The notes under the pieces: generated by a model | Told to the model about the DNA's origin: nothing | The model's database searches: none | What the model saw: the letters and a program-made list of their open reading frames with translations, nothing else | Program-made: the position numbers and the translations under genes | In this document: positions 13,511 through 26,203 of the stretch, one piece after another | Layout: every line of letters starts with the position of its first letter | Numbering within the stretch: the first letter of the stretch is position 1 | Source of the DNA: Eledone cirrhosa | Lineage: Eukaryota | Length of the DNA stretch: 64,000 nucleotides | Direction: 5' to 3' | Assembly: GCA_964016885.1 (NCBI GenBank) | Contig: OZ024742.1 | Location: forward strand, 190,588,001 to 190,652,000

Positions 13511-13930
13511 GTCAGGTAGCTCTCGAGTGCTACTGGTAACATGTAACGCAGCACAACCTGTCTCATGGTCGAGTCGTCGGCGACTAAACCGGCAACCCCA
13601 CCAAACTTGCTTGGTGAAGAGGGTGATAGTTGGGCACCCTGCGGGATGAAATACAAGACACGTCAAAGGGCGGAGGAACTCAGCAGACTCAAAAGCCATC
13701 CAAATAGTACCTTTTTTCCCACCTGGGAGTGAAAGGCCCCCAGGTGTTGTCACAACACCTTTTCTAGGAGAAGACAACTCTGAAAAAAAACCTGCGGCTT
13801 CGGAAGCATCTGATGATGTTGACCAGTTCACCTTTTCGGGTAGTGTTTTCGATGCTCAGAGAGTGGGATTGGTCGAGTGCAAGGCCTTTCCCCACTTAAA
13901 AAAAACATTCAAAGCACAGGTATTGCTTGT
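13511..13930 (+). mobile_element. RTE-type 5'UTR-derived non-autonomous element (older subfamily)
   Basis: Shares ACAACCTGTCYCATGGTCGA, CTAGGAGAAG..AACTCTGA and GAGAGTGGGA.TGG blocks with 14719-15180. Confidence 0.6.
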
Positions 13931-14668
13931 TCAGGATATGTTATAGGTTTGTGTTACTGGCGGTAGTCTAAAAGTGCATCAAACTCTATAATCCTCCAAG
14001 CATTTGCAATACTCTTAGCAGAGTTTGCAGCCGTTCGACAGCTAGATCCGAAATAAACTACCTGTGAGGTGGCTTAGTTCGGCTATATATGCAACAGAAA
14101 TGACATTTTGTGAATCAATAATAGAAATGTTCAAGCAAAAAGTTTTGATTTACTCTATTTCGACGCTCTGCGCAATATGCTAATATATTTAGTTGGAATG
14201 AAGAAGAGACACATTACGTAATGCGATACTGGTCGAGTCAAAGTAATATCACATCTGCTTAAACCGACAGCTGCAATCTGATGATTTTCATTGCTCCCAT
14301 ATTAGTCATTGTTACACGTTGGTTGTTGTTATGCTTGAAGTCTTTGAAGAACATGATTGGTTTTTACTTCAGGTCTAGTGGAGTGTGTATCTGGTGAGTG
14401 GGGTTGAATATAGGTTTAAAGATTATGTTTGGTGTAGATATTTTTACGTTGGTGTTCAAACAATGCACGGCCATTAATGTGTTATACGCCTTTCTTTAAT
14501 AACATTTATTGCCCTTCGTAAAAGGAACGAAATAAGGACAAACCATTATAGATTATTGATTAAAATTTATAGCGATATTTTGTTGATTCATATTCCACCA
14601 TTTAAGAGAAACTATTTGAAAAGGCAAATGTCTAAATGATGTACATTGTGAACGATTAATGGAGATAG

Positions 14669-14699
<31 letters not shown>

Positions 14700-14718
14700 T
14701 GTATGTATGTATGTATGT

Positions 14719-15181
14719 ATGTATGTATGTATGTATGTACAACCTGTCCCATGGTCGATCCAAAATCACCGGGAGAGATGACCCCTTAGCCTTTGTCAAG
14801 GCAGAATTCTAGGAGAAGGAAAACTCTGATATAACACCTGCAACTCTGATGGTATCCAATGATGTTGACTTGTTCTTCTTTTTGGTAAATATCATCTTGG
14901 TTAAGAGAGTGGGACTGGCTTTGTGCAGTGCCTTTGCTCACTATAAAAGCTTCACGGCACAGGCATTGCTTTGTATCTGGAGATCACTCTGCACTTGTGG
15001 TCACATGGTAGCATGGGCCCAGCACTATGTGTTAATAATTGTCACAAGTGTAGTGTTTGTACCAGAGTTTTCAAGTCGCTGGCTGGACTAAAAAGTCACA
15101 CTCATTCAGCGCATCGGTAGGGGTTCTCCTACATGGATATAAATTAGTGGCTGTACTCGAAAACGAGTTGGCAGCCACCAT
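14719..15181 (+). mobile_element. RTE-derived non-autonomous retroelement inserted in (GTAT)n
   Basis: RTE-like 5'UTR blocks; 3' hairpin CTCGAAAACGAG followed by TTGGCAGCCACCAT(GTAT)n; near-identical inverted copy at 18200-18613. Confidence 0.8.
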
Positions 15182-15666
15182 GTATGTATGTATGTATGTT
15201 CTGGTTTTATAATTTCACAAAATTTTACCAATAGAGAGAGAGAGAGTCGGTTTCTAACATAGACACAAGACTCTCTCATTGGGATTTACACAACACCAAC
15301 TAGGTAGATTATGTCTGCATGTCTGCATGCATGCATGTGTAGATATGGATGTTATTGTATGTGTAGATGTGTATGTTTTGAGTTGTATCTGTACATGTGT
15401 ATATGCAGTTATTAACTGCACAATTTTTGGAATGTTTTACATATTTCTACTGTGTATTTATGTACGTATGTATGTATATATGTCTGTATGTATGTTTGCA
15501 TGTATGTATGTATGTAAGTATGTATGCATGCATGAATGTATGTATTTATGTATGCATATTTGTAAGTATGTCTGTATGTAAGTATGTATCTAAATATATA
15601 TCTGTATGTATGTATGTATGTATGTATGTATGTATGTATGTATGTATGTATGTATGTATGTATGTA

Positions 15667-16840
15667 TGATTGCGATCTTGTAGCGCACACAGAGAGTGAT
15701 ATGCAGCACATTTTGAATGCATTTTCTGACGCTTGCACTGCCCTGGGTTTGACTATCAGTCTCAAGAAAACCGTCGTCATGTACCAACCTGCCCCTAGTA
15801 AGCAGTACACTGAACCAAACATCTATGTGTATGGCAAACGACTTGGAGTGGTTGATCAGTTTGTCTACCTGGGAAGCACTGTCAATCGATACGGCAACCT
15901 TGACGGTGAAATCTCACTTAGGATTAGGAAAGCAAGTAATGCTTTCGGAAAGCTAGAAAGGCGACTCTGGGGTCGGCGAGCCATATGCAGGAGGACAAAG
16001 GTAAGGGTGTACAGGGCATGTGTACTCTCTTGTCTTCTTTATGCCTGCGAGGCCTGGGTCACATATCGACACCACCTTAAGCAATTGGAGCGTTTCCATC
16101 AGATGTGTCTCAGACGGATCCATGGCGTTCACTGGAGGGACCACATCAGTGATGTCGAGATTTTGGAAAGCTCTATGTGTGACAGTATAGAAGCTCTTGA
16201 GCTTAAGCAACGACTCCGTTGGAGTGGTCACCTTGCCAGGATGAAGGATTCTAGAATACCAAAACAACTCTTTTATGGAGAGTTGGTTAAAGGAAAACGA
16301 CCGCCACATAAACTAAAAAAGAGGTATAAGGATTCCTTGAAAGCCTCTTTGAAAGACGCTAACATCTCTGCTGATACATGGGAAAATATTGCTGCTGATC
16401 GTAATAAATGGAGAAAGACTGTATATGAGGGAAAAGTTGCCTTTGAGGCATCTCGAATCGCACACGAGAAAGTAAAGCGGGATGTGAGGAAGGGCATTGC
16501 TGTTGCACTTCCAGACGGCGAGGGTCCTCCTATGGTGCTGACATGCAGCGTCTGTGCGAGACTCTGCCTAAGCAAAGCTGGACTCGAAAGTCATCTTCGC
16601 AGTCATAAAGTAAGACCAGTGGTGGACTACCAGGCTGCTGTTGGAGATGCTACTCATCATGCTTGCCAAACATGTGGTAGAGAATGTAAATCAGCAGGAG
16701 GGCTCAAGCGACATGCAAAAGTACACGAACTCCAACCACAGCCGACTATTCCCAGTGAATGTTTTGGTTGCCGACTCTGTGCAAGACATTTTAGATCACT
16801 GACTGGGCTAAAAAGCCACATTCGATCGCAGCACTGTTAG
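15667..16840 (+). CDS. 5'-truncated RTE-clade LINE ORF (RT C-terminus plus three C2H2 zinc fingers)
   Basis: (AD)DCDL, GLTISLKKT, FVYLGS, RIRKASNAFGKL, RLRWSGHLARM..SRIPKQLFYGEL..GKR, followed by three CxxC..HxxxH fingers. The upstream part of the ORF call is (GTAT)n. Confidence 0.9.
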
Positions 16841-17049
16841 TTGCTATCGTGTGTGTGTGAGTGTGTGTAGATATGCTTACGTGCGTGCGTGTGTGTATAT
16901 ATATATGAATATGTATATTATTATTGTTGTTGTCGTTATTATTATTATTGCTATTATTATTATTATTTTTATTATTATCGTTATTAATGTATGTATGTGT
17001 GTATATGTGTGTGTGTATGTGTATGTATGTGTGTATGTATATATGTATG

Positions 17050-17088
<39 letters not shown>

Positions 17089-17101
17089 TTATTTATTTAT
17101 T

Positions 17102-17149
<48 letters not shown>

Positions 17150-17162
17150 TTTTTTTTTTCTT

Positions 17163-17307
17163 CTCGTGCAATGGGCATACTCGATAACGAGGGGGTAGCC
17201 ATCATACATCGTGTATGTATGTATGTATATGTTCAGCGCATCGATAGGGGTTCTCCTACATGGATATAAAGTAGGGCCGTAGTCGAAAACGAGTTGGCAG
17301 CCACCAT
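17163..17307 (+). mobile_element. RTE 3' tail plus a 3' fragment of the non-autonomous partner
   Basis: CTCGATAACGAGGGGGTAGCCATCAT at 17179-17204; 17232-17307 matches the 3' end of 14719-15181. Confidence 0.7.
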
Positions 17308-17670
17308 ATGTAAATATGTAAATATGTATCTAAATATGTATCTGTATGTATGTATGTATATGTAAATACTCGTTTGCTCAAAGGGAAATAAATATACACG
17401 TATGTATGACTGTATGTTCGCATGTATGCATTGTTGTATGTATATACAGATTTCACTTACTTGAACTCTTCATATATAGGCGTAGCTGGTTTCTAACAAA
17501 GAAACAAAGCTTAATTGTTACCATTTGAATAAGACCAGTTCCAGTTAAGTTGTTGAACTTAGAATATCATTTCTATTGTTCTACTTACAAACTGTAATTC
17601 CAAAATATATGTAAGTATCAAGCACTTAATCCATGTTAACGCGTAACTTCATACATACATAATTACATAC

Positions 17671-17958
17671 ATGATGGCTGCCCCCTCGTTATCAAGTATG
17701 GCCATTGCACGATATACCATTATTATAAATGATTAATTAATTCTATCGTGTAATGCCTGTGCGTGAAGATATTTTTTAAAGTGAGGAAGACTGTGCACTG
17801 AGCCAATCCCACTCTCTGAGCGACAGTAGCTATAACCCAAAAGAAGAAAAGATCAACATCATCGGTAACTACTGAGCCGCAGGTATTATATCGGAGTCAT
17901 CCCAGTTTCCTGAGTTGCCTTCTCCTAGAAGAATGCCCTGACAAAGGCTAGGGGTCCT
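17671..17958 (-). mobile_element. Second RTE-derived non-autonomous subfamily
   Basis: Its 3' end is the reverse complement of the tail at 17163-17204; its 5' part shares GACCCCTAGCCTTTGTCA.GGCA and CTAGGAGAAGG with 14719. Confidence 0.75.
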
Positions 17959-18199
17959 TCACTCCCACATACATGCATACGTATTTACGTATTTACATAC
18001 ATGCATACATACATGCATACATACACACATCCATCCATACATGCCTGCATATATACACAATACATGCATGCATTCATACATACATGCATGCATATATACA
18101 TGCATACATACATGCATGCATGCATACATACATACATGCATACATACATGCTTGCATTCATTTATTCATACATACATACACACATACATACATACATAC

Positions 18200-18613
18200 A
18201 TGGTGGCTGCCAACTCGTGTTCGAGTACGGCCACTACTTTATATCCATGTAGGAGAACCCCTACCGATGCGCTGAACGAGTGTGACTTTTTAGTCCAGCC
18301 AGCGACTTGAAAACTCTGGTACAAACACTATACTAGTGACAATTATTGACACATAGTGCTGGGCACATGGTACCATGTGATGACAAGTGAAGAGAGATCT
18401 CCAGATATAAAGCAATGCCTGTGCCGTGAAGCTTTTATAGTGAGCAAAGGCACTGCACAAAGCCAGTCCCACTCTCTTAACCAAGATGATATTTACCAAA
18501 ACGAAGAACAAGTCAACATCATTGGATACCATCAGGGTTGCAGGTGTTATATCAGAGTTTTCCTTCTCCTAGAATTCTGCCTTGACAAAGGCTAAGGGGT
18601 CATCTCTTCCGGA
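18200..18613 (-). mobile_element. RTE-derived non-autonomous element (copy of 14719-15181)
   Basis: High identity in reverse complement; flanked by (CATA)n. Confidence 0.85.
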
Positions 18614-18699
18614 CATACATACATACATACATACATACATACATACATACATACATACATACATACAAACCTATATACGATCTAAAAGAGAATGCCAGG

Positions 18700-20000
18700 A
18701 GTATAATTGATACGAAATAAAACCTTGACTCGAAATATATAAGAATGAAAGTTGGCCAGGATAAAAGGTTCTATATCATTCTAATGCGGGAGAAATTTTA
18801 CCAGCCACTCTAGCAACATCTCTAGCAATGGCCTGACTTTCAACGGCATCTGACGAGAAATTCTTAAGATATTTAGGGATTGATGAAAATATATTCTGTG
18901 GTTTATTTTGTAAAAGGCAGGACTAACCATGGAGTATAACACACGGATAAGAAATATATAGTCTTCAAAACTATCTCCCTGTAATAAATCAGCGGTCCGT
19001 CCAGAATATACTGGATGTACCTGTGGTAATACCAGCATTTGGAATATTTACTGGAAGCAAGATGAAATACGAACCATTGATGTTGAAACTAGAAAATCTC
19101 TAACCGGTAGAGGAAATCTGCACATCACCAGTGTCATTAACAGCTTCTACGTTTAACGTAAGCAGGGAGACCGAGGCTTAACATTGATCCAACGGGTGTT
19201 TGAATGATGCATCATATCTCTTCGACAACATCTACTAACCACCAAGTGTAGAGAAGCCTATCAATAGAGTATGTCTGTCTACATGAGGTAGATAAAATGA
19301 TGAGAGTCGGGAAGTAGCTTCTTAGCTTCTTGAGAGCACTCTCTGAATAAATGACGACCAAGACCTGACACCCAAGGAAATTGCACAACAGTACCGCGAA
19401 AGAAAGATTTATGCTTATCAGCTAAGTGCTTATGCATGGCCATGTTGTCAGAAAGCTTAAGAATGAGAGTAAGAATGGTTTCTGATTTAGGCACAAGGCC
19501 AAACATGTTGGGGAGGGGAAAGTCGATTAAATAGATCCCAGTGCTTTACAGGTTCTTTATTTTATCGACCTCGTAAGGATGAAAGGCTAAATTAACCTCG
19601 GCAGAATTTGAACTTAGATCATAAAAGGCCGTAACACTATGCCATAAAGCATGTTATCCGACGCTCCGCAGATACTTCCAATCCACTGCCCGAAGAATGA
19701 GAGTTATCTTGATAACCAAAGTAGTTTATTTTGGACCATCAAACAATATAGTAGCTCTGACGTTGAACGATATGCTTTATATTCCAGGGAGAGAAGATAA
19801 CGAAATATTTGATACAGCAAATAGATAGATATGCTGATAAAGCCCCTAGATGCGATACTATATGGAGGGAGACTCTGTGGAACAAACATCGTTGACACCA
19901 ACCATATCATAAGCAGCTCTTCAAAGATGTCATGACAACGCTATTCACATGTGAGAAATAATGTAGTGGCCAAAACACTATGCAATACAATCTGTTGAAA
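18700..20000 (+). pseudogene. Decayed Dong/R4-clade LINE fragment, interrupted by a SINE
   Basis: Residual peptides W..DEIRTIDVETRKSL..GNLH...RKQGDRGL (19040-19185) and HIISS..KMS..R.NVVAK (19900-19980). Confidence 0.6.
19471..19692 (-). mobile_element. Meta-type SINE with target-site duplication
   Basis: Same consensus as 43133; TSD AAGAATGAGAGT at 19459-19470 and 19693-19704. Confidence 0.85.
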
Positions 20001-20339
20001 GGATAGATCCGAGGAAAAAAATATAAAAAGGTTACAGCGATGTGGAGGGTAAATGCACACGTAATCTATTGAGTAATGGCGGAATATCGCAATTACACCC
20101 CAACAATGTAAATATAACAGACTAACCATAGAGATATGGGACAGAGAATATAAACATTCACATAGTGGAAATGAAGTGCCAATTATATATATTAATACAA
20201 TGTGGTAAAGATTAATGTAAAACAATATTCATTCAAAATTCATGAGGAACCTGCAGATATACCTTAATATACCTTTAGATTTGTACCTCTTATCAGAGAG
20301 GCACGTGGATATGATCCTTACTCTCACAGAATCAGACAC

Positions 20340-20600
20340 AGCACGGCTAATTAGGAGATTGCAAGGACAATCATCAATTGTCAAGTCAAGAGTACTCAAA
20401 TTATACGGTCATTTAAAAAGATCAACACGTGGTGGGAGTAGGTTATGCTTGGAAGGAAGGTTGGCTGCTAAGGGAAGCAGAGGCCGGCAGCCAAAACGAT
20501 GGCTTGATAATGTCAACTTATAGACTGGACTTGATGGAGAAGAATATCTCATGTTGATGCGAAATCTGCAACTGGCGGAGTTTAGCGTCACAAGATCATT
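20340..20600 (+). pseudogene. RTE-like LINE 3' fragment
   Basis: SRVLKLYGHLKR..EGRL..KGSRGRQPKRWLDNV motif. Confidence 0.65.
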
Positions 20601-20722
20601 AATAGAACTATAAAAAAAAAACAGATCATAAAACTATACAAAAAAAATGTAAAATATTCCAGAAATGTATCATGTAATAACTGTATATACACATGCAGAG
20701 ATATAGACCCATATGTTTATAT

Positions 20723-20922
20723 CAGACCTGTCAACTCTCCCCATCCAACGGTGGGGGAGGGTATCTCACCCACTTTGGGCTGGATGAGAGATGTCTTCTC
20801 TTTTAAAAATGAATATAGCTTTCATTATGTACAATCTCCCCATTTTATGTCATTTCTCCCCGTTTTGAGGCACTTTTTTTCATCGTATTCCCGTTTTGGG
20901 AATTTAGAGCTTGGCAAGTGTG
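20723..20922. mobile_element. Possible hAT-type MITE
   Basis: Ends CAGACCTGTCAAC / CTTGGCAAGTGTG form imperfect TIRs; no clean TSD. Confidence 0.35.
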
Positions 20923-21199
20923 TTATATGCAGATGTAACTAAACTATTCTGATCCACACCTGCAATGACATCCACATCTGAACACACTCACAAACACATT
21001 TAAACATAGGTACATAATTACTTAGTTGATGTTGCCTAAATTCTAATGAATTTGTTTCTGTTTTAGAAACGGAATCTCTCTCTCTAAAAAAAGCATATAT
21101 ATACATACATATATACATGCATACATAGATACATGCATACAAAAATGCATCAATTTACAGAGAAAGTTCTGCATGGGTAACTGAGACGAAAAGCACAGA

Positions 21200-21915
21200 C
21201 CATAGAGGGGATAAATCATTCAAAAAGCCTGGTATGGAGTTTCGACAAGTTCATGACATCTCACCTTGAAGGATATCTCTATGCGATACTGTACCAAGAA
21301 ATCCCTACCGAATATCTGCTACACAAAAGAGGAGGGCCATCAGTCGACAATTAATGTAGGCTATGTAAAACAAAGATCGAAGATGTTAGCAACATTGCTG
21401 CCAACTGCGAAAGAATGTCGTCTCGGTACTACCTCCCTATGAGACACGATGTGATAGCGTGGACCATCTGGAGCGCACTTAGGAAAACAAAATTAAAAAC
21501 AAATGAGGAGGAATATGTTGAGATAGATGGCACTAAAGAATACTGGTGGAACCTGAAAATAAAAGCTGCCACCAAATTAAAGTACAACCGACATGATATT
21601 CTTGTTTGGGACCACACATTGAAAACATGCTCTGTTGTAGAGATCAACTGCCCAATTCATCTCAATGTTGTAAGAAAAATGCAAGAGACGGAGGACATCT
21701 ACGGGCCATTGATGGGGAGTTTGCAGATCCAGTAACCAAGATACACCTTCAGCTTCATACCCATCATTATTGGAACTACAGGTTATATACCAACCCACTT
21801 GGACCAAAGTGTAACTGAACTTGGATTTGCGGACACAGGCGCAGCTCCCTAATTCATATACTACAAATGGCTGTGATAGTTGGCGCCTACAAAATATGCA
21901 AAACATTCTTGCGAT
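21200..21915 (+). pseudogene. Dong/R4-clade restriction-like endonuclease fragment
   Basis: CRLC..K.ED..I...C..MSSRYYL.MRHD, YWWN...KYNRHDILVWD..CSVVEINCP, FIPIIIG.TG. Confidence 0.75.
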
Positions 21916-22254
21916 TCAAGGGATGACAATTTCTTTTCTCCGACAACCTTGCCACCATGAAGGTGGCCGGTCAAAAATATTCTCGAAATTAAGAGAAACT
22001 GAAACATACACACATATCTGACTACAAAGAAACCTGCATACATATGAAATTCCGGATAACGCATGCAGAACATTTAAATCGTCTGAAAATTTCATTGTAT
22101 TAGGGAAATAAAAAACAAAAGCCTAGCGGCGACTTTTTAAGACTGGAAGAATGGAGGAAATAAGTTTTATCAGTTAAGAATTGAATTATCAAGATTAAAG
22201 TAAACTCGTCTGCCGCGGTTTCAATTATACTATTGTTATTCATGCATATTTATG

Positions 22255-22319
<65 letters not shown>

Positions 22320-23265
22320 CATACACATATGCATTTATGTGTGTAAATATGTATGTACGTATATAAATATGTATGTACGTATATATATATGTAATCATGA
22401 ATATGTATGTGTGTGAATGTGTCTGCTTTTGCGTGCGTGACTGTGTGTGTATGTATATACCTATTTACAATATTTTGCCGCCCTTATAAGCAATATTATA
22501 ATCATATTATAACCATGTATTCGAAGTTTTATAAGCAATAATATGGCGACTTGATATTTCTAGATCAAAGTTAAATATTGAGGATGTCAGCAAATATTAT
22601 CGAAACGATAATTATTCTAGATTAACTGAAATGACTACAATAGCCGCCATTTTCCTCTTACATTTATTATGTATTTAGGAGCTTTGTTACACCATTAAGT
22701 CTGCAGCTAATTATCATATTACCTAAGATGATGCTGAATGTAATATCTAGAATATCGTATAATGCGAAATATATCAGTGGACATAACCATGGATGAAATA
22801 TTAGATGAAATATTAAATAAATCATAAGGAAAAATAATGTAAGTTCTCTTGATATCTTAGTTAAAAATAGATGATTATCATTCAAATGTAACGAGAAAAA
22901 TTTCTAAAACAAGCCTATTGCTCTTGTGTTAGAAAATATATTACAATAACAAAAAGAAAAGGATTAATATAGTAACGTATGGTGAGTTGGCAGACTCACT
23001 AGAGCTTTTGATGAAATGCTATCTAGTTTGTTCTGAGTCTTTATATTCTAACTTCCCATCCTGCAGTGGTGAACTTTGATTTTCATCTTTCCATGGCCTA
23101 TGAATAAATTACCAGACAGTTGGTAGCGGATTAGAGGAATTGTGAGAGTGAGAAACCAGAAACTTTACAGTACAGATTTTGGCACGTCACATCCAAATTA
23201 TACACCCTAACGCTACGGTAGGAAAATCATATTCTATGAAGAAAATGATCATTAATATTTTAGAC

Positions 23266-23564
23266 CAGTGATTCCAAACTTCGGGCGCACGCCCACAGTG
23301 GAAAAAATGAATATTCAAGAAGGGCAATTTGAAAATGATGTTAATGAGAGCAAATTTCAGGTTTTGCCTTAACATATTTACATCAAGGCAATTTTGGAAC
23401 AAATTACTATTGTAAACACCTATGTTACTGCGCATCTGGCATCACCCATACACCAATTTGTTTACACTTTGTAGATGATCATCGCTGTTTTTATATAAAA
23501 GTGGGCATAAACATGTTTACGATATTGAGGTGGGGCATGCGGCACAAAAGGCTGGGAACCACTG
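23266..23564. mobile_element. hAT (Charlie-like) MITE
   Basis: TIRs CAGTGATTCCAAAC / GCTGGGAACCACTG with a perfect 8-bp TSD TTTTAGAC on both sides. Confidence 0.85.
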
Positions 23565-23933
23565 TTTTAGACACTTAATTAACGTTGAGGGCGATATGTA
23601 CTATAAAGAGTTGAGCAGAATAAACATCCCAAGATATAACCTTGCGTCCATTTTGAATTATACCGTATCTCTTCATATTTCTGGCTATAGTAAATCAATG
23701 AGTTACTCAAGATTTGTGTCTGTTTCATCTCACCTCACACAAAAAGGATGGCCTAATGACTTACAGAGGAATCATTATCAGCTAAATCCTCTAGCCAGCA
23801 ATCTATACAGACAATACACACACACATTCACACATACACACACACACACACACGCACACACACACGTACACGCATACGTACACGCACACGTACACGCACA
23901 CACACATACACACACACATATATATATGTAAAC

Positions 23934-24078
23934 GGTAAACAGAAATAACAACACAGTCTGTACAGTGTATAGAAGGTTAACGCTTGAAATAGCAGGAAGA
24001 GTGATTTAATGTTTTGGACGCTAGTCCTTTATCAGAAGAAAGAATGAGAATTAAGATAGATTGAAAGGACGAGCGTGG
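23934..24078 (-). mobile_element. PLE pLTR remnant with decayed minimal HHR (same family as 49030-49195 and 50220-50310)
   Basis: Reverse complement TCTT-CTGATAA-AGGACTAGCGTCC-AAAACATTAA; flanks match 49030-49195. Confidence 0.65.
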
Positions 24079-24183
24079 TCGATATATATATATATATAAG
24101 TATATATATCTATATATATGTATATATATATACAAGACTGGAATTGAAACATCAGCACAGTTGAGGTATGTCAGACATCAATT

Positions 24184-24249
24184 TATTTTATCTGATGAGG
24201 ACGTACTGATAAAATAGCTCAGTACCTCTGAAATATGTATAATAAAATA
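24184..24249 (+). ncRNA. Type I hammerhead ribozyme
   Basis: TATTTTAT-CTGATGA-GGACGTACTGA..TCAGTACCTCT-GAAAT-ATGT-ATA-ATAAAATA; perfect 8-bp stem I; lies in a ~165-bp insert between (TA)n tracts. Confidence 0.8.
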
Positions 24250-24291
24250 TATTTGATCACATAAATGTCTATATTTATTAATATTTTGAAG

Positions 24292-24350
<59 letters not shown>

Positions 24351-24353
<3 letters not shown>

Positions 24354-25228
24354 TTAACACAAATCAATATATTTGATAAACACAAATATCCTCATATTTA
24401 TGTTTGTATTGTAAATGACCAAGTTAGCTAGATAGAAATATACTAATAATAATATTACAGTTTGCCTATCATGACTTAAGATAATACATCATAAATCAAC
24501 AAAAACAAATTGTATTGGCAATGGCCGTAGTGCTTGGACAAATTTAAATTTCAAAATCAAACCTGTTCCGTGGACAGGTTTAAACCTTAAAATCCAAATA
24601 TGTTTCGAATAATGAAAAAGTTGAAGAAAATACCGCATTTTGATCACCTCAGCAAGCACTATAAAAATTGGTATGTTCCACTTCAAAATATTTAGGAAGA
24701 CTGTTTAGCGCACGAGGTAAACTCATGCGGTTATCCAGTGTCTCGCTAGCCTCATACTCGTACTGCTAGAAATAACAGCCGTTTATATGGGGCTAAAATC
24801 AGCTCAACGAAGGAGCATTGAAAAATCAATAATAATGAGTTCAAATCTCAGGCGATCATTTACAATGAAATAGCTTTTTCATTATTCGAAACATATTTGG
24901 ATTTTAAGGTTTAAACCTGTCTACGGAACAGGTTTGATTTTGAAATTTAAATTTGTCCAAGCACTACGGCCATTGCCAATACAATTTGTTTTTGTTGATT
25001 TATGATGTATTATCTTCAATCATGATAGGCAAACTGTAATATTATTATTAGTATATTTCTATCTAGCTAACTTGGTCATTTACAATACAAACATAAATAT
25101 GAGGATATTTGTGTTTATCAAATATATTGATTTGTGTTAATCTATATTACACGGCTCAGAAATAATCTTTCTTCGAGCTATTTCATTGTAAATGATCGCC
25201 TGAGATTTGAACTCATTATTATTGATAT
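24351..25228. mobile_element. Fold-back element, PLE-pLTR-like (family G)
   Basis: ~270-bp inverted repeat 24352-24620/24873-25141 plus a second IR 24826-24874/25176-25226; (TA)n on both sides; related copy at 30972-31556. Confidence 0.7.
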
Positions 25229-25237
25229 ATATATATA

Positions 25238-25276
<39 letters not shown>

Positions 25277-25423
25277 TATTTTCCGTTGTGTTGTAATATA
25301 AATATTACACACAGTAGATTATCAGCTCACGTAGAGTTTGCTCGACGGTTCCAGTTGTAGTTCCAAAAGTAATCCGGAGAAAAATAGAAAGATTTGAATG
25401 GATACAGTTTAGTTGAAAGGAAT

Positions 25424-25540
25424 TTATTGACACGTGTTTCTATAACAGTTACATAACCTAAAACAGCTATCTACAAACTTTTAGTTATGCAGACATTCAA
25501 TATTTCAATGTTATTATTTACTGTCATTTCATCAGAATAA
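25424..25540 (-). ncRNA. Hammerhead ribozyme (inverted pLTR copy)
   Basis: Reverse complement of 30277-30393. Confidence 0.85.
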
Positions 25541-26128
25541 TATTACTGAGGACCTATTTAGTTTTTATAGAGAATATTAGGAGGGAGGGGTGAAGTTGTT
25601 AGAAGAATAGTTGAAGGAGTGGTTTTTCGATAGCAGTGAGAATTCTTGGTGGCAGTGGGTAATTAGATTCCCATCTGTTGTTTTGACATTTTTTATGGAA
25701 TATATTATTGGTTATTTTTCTAAATCTATAGAAGGATTAGAGATAGTAAAGATATGCGTGGTTGGTTTTGTGTTTGCACTTAACATTCAGACTTAAATTT
25801 TTCTTTCAAGTGTACGTATTCTTTCACCCACGCATTCACACAAATATATTTGCACACCTCTACAAAATACATATACTCACAATTCACATATTCATACTTA
25901 CATATATATACACATGCATACACATATATATACACACATGTATTCATGTACATACATACGCGCTCATGTGTATACATTTTCATACTCAACTTATCTTTAT
26001 ATATACACACGTATAGACACACACATATATACATACATACTCTAGTCCATGTGTACACACATACGCATACATACACATCCAAATACACATACATACATAC
26101 ACATATACATATATATATATACATACAC

Positions 26129-26203
<75 letters not shown>

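Noticed and set aside
14719-18613. 3.9-kb composite transposon with long TIRs
   Set aside because: The inverted copies have different 5' ends and retro-type tails and each sits in its own microsatellite; better explained as independent insertions.
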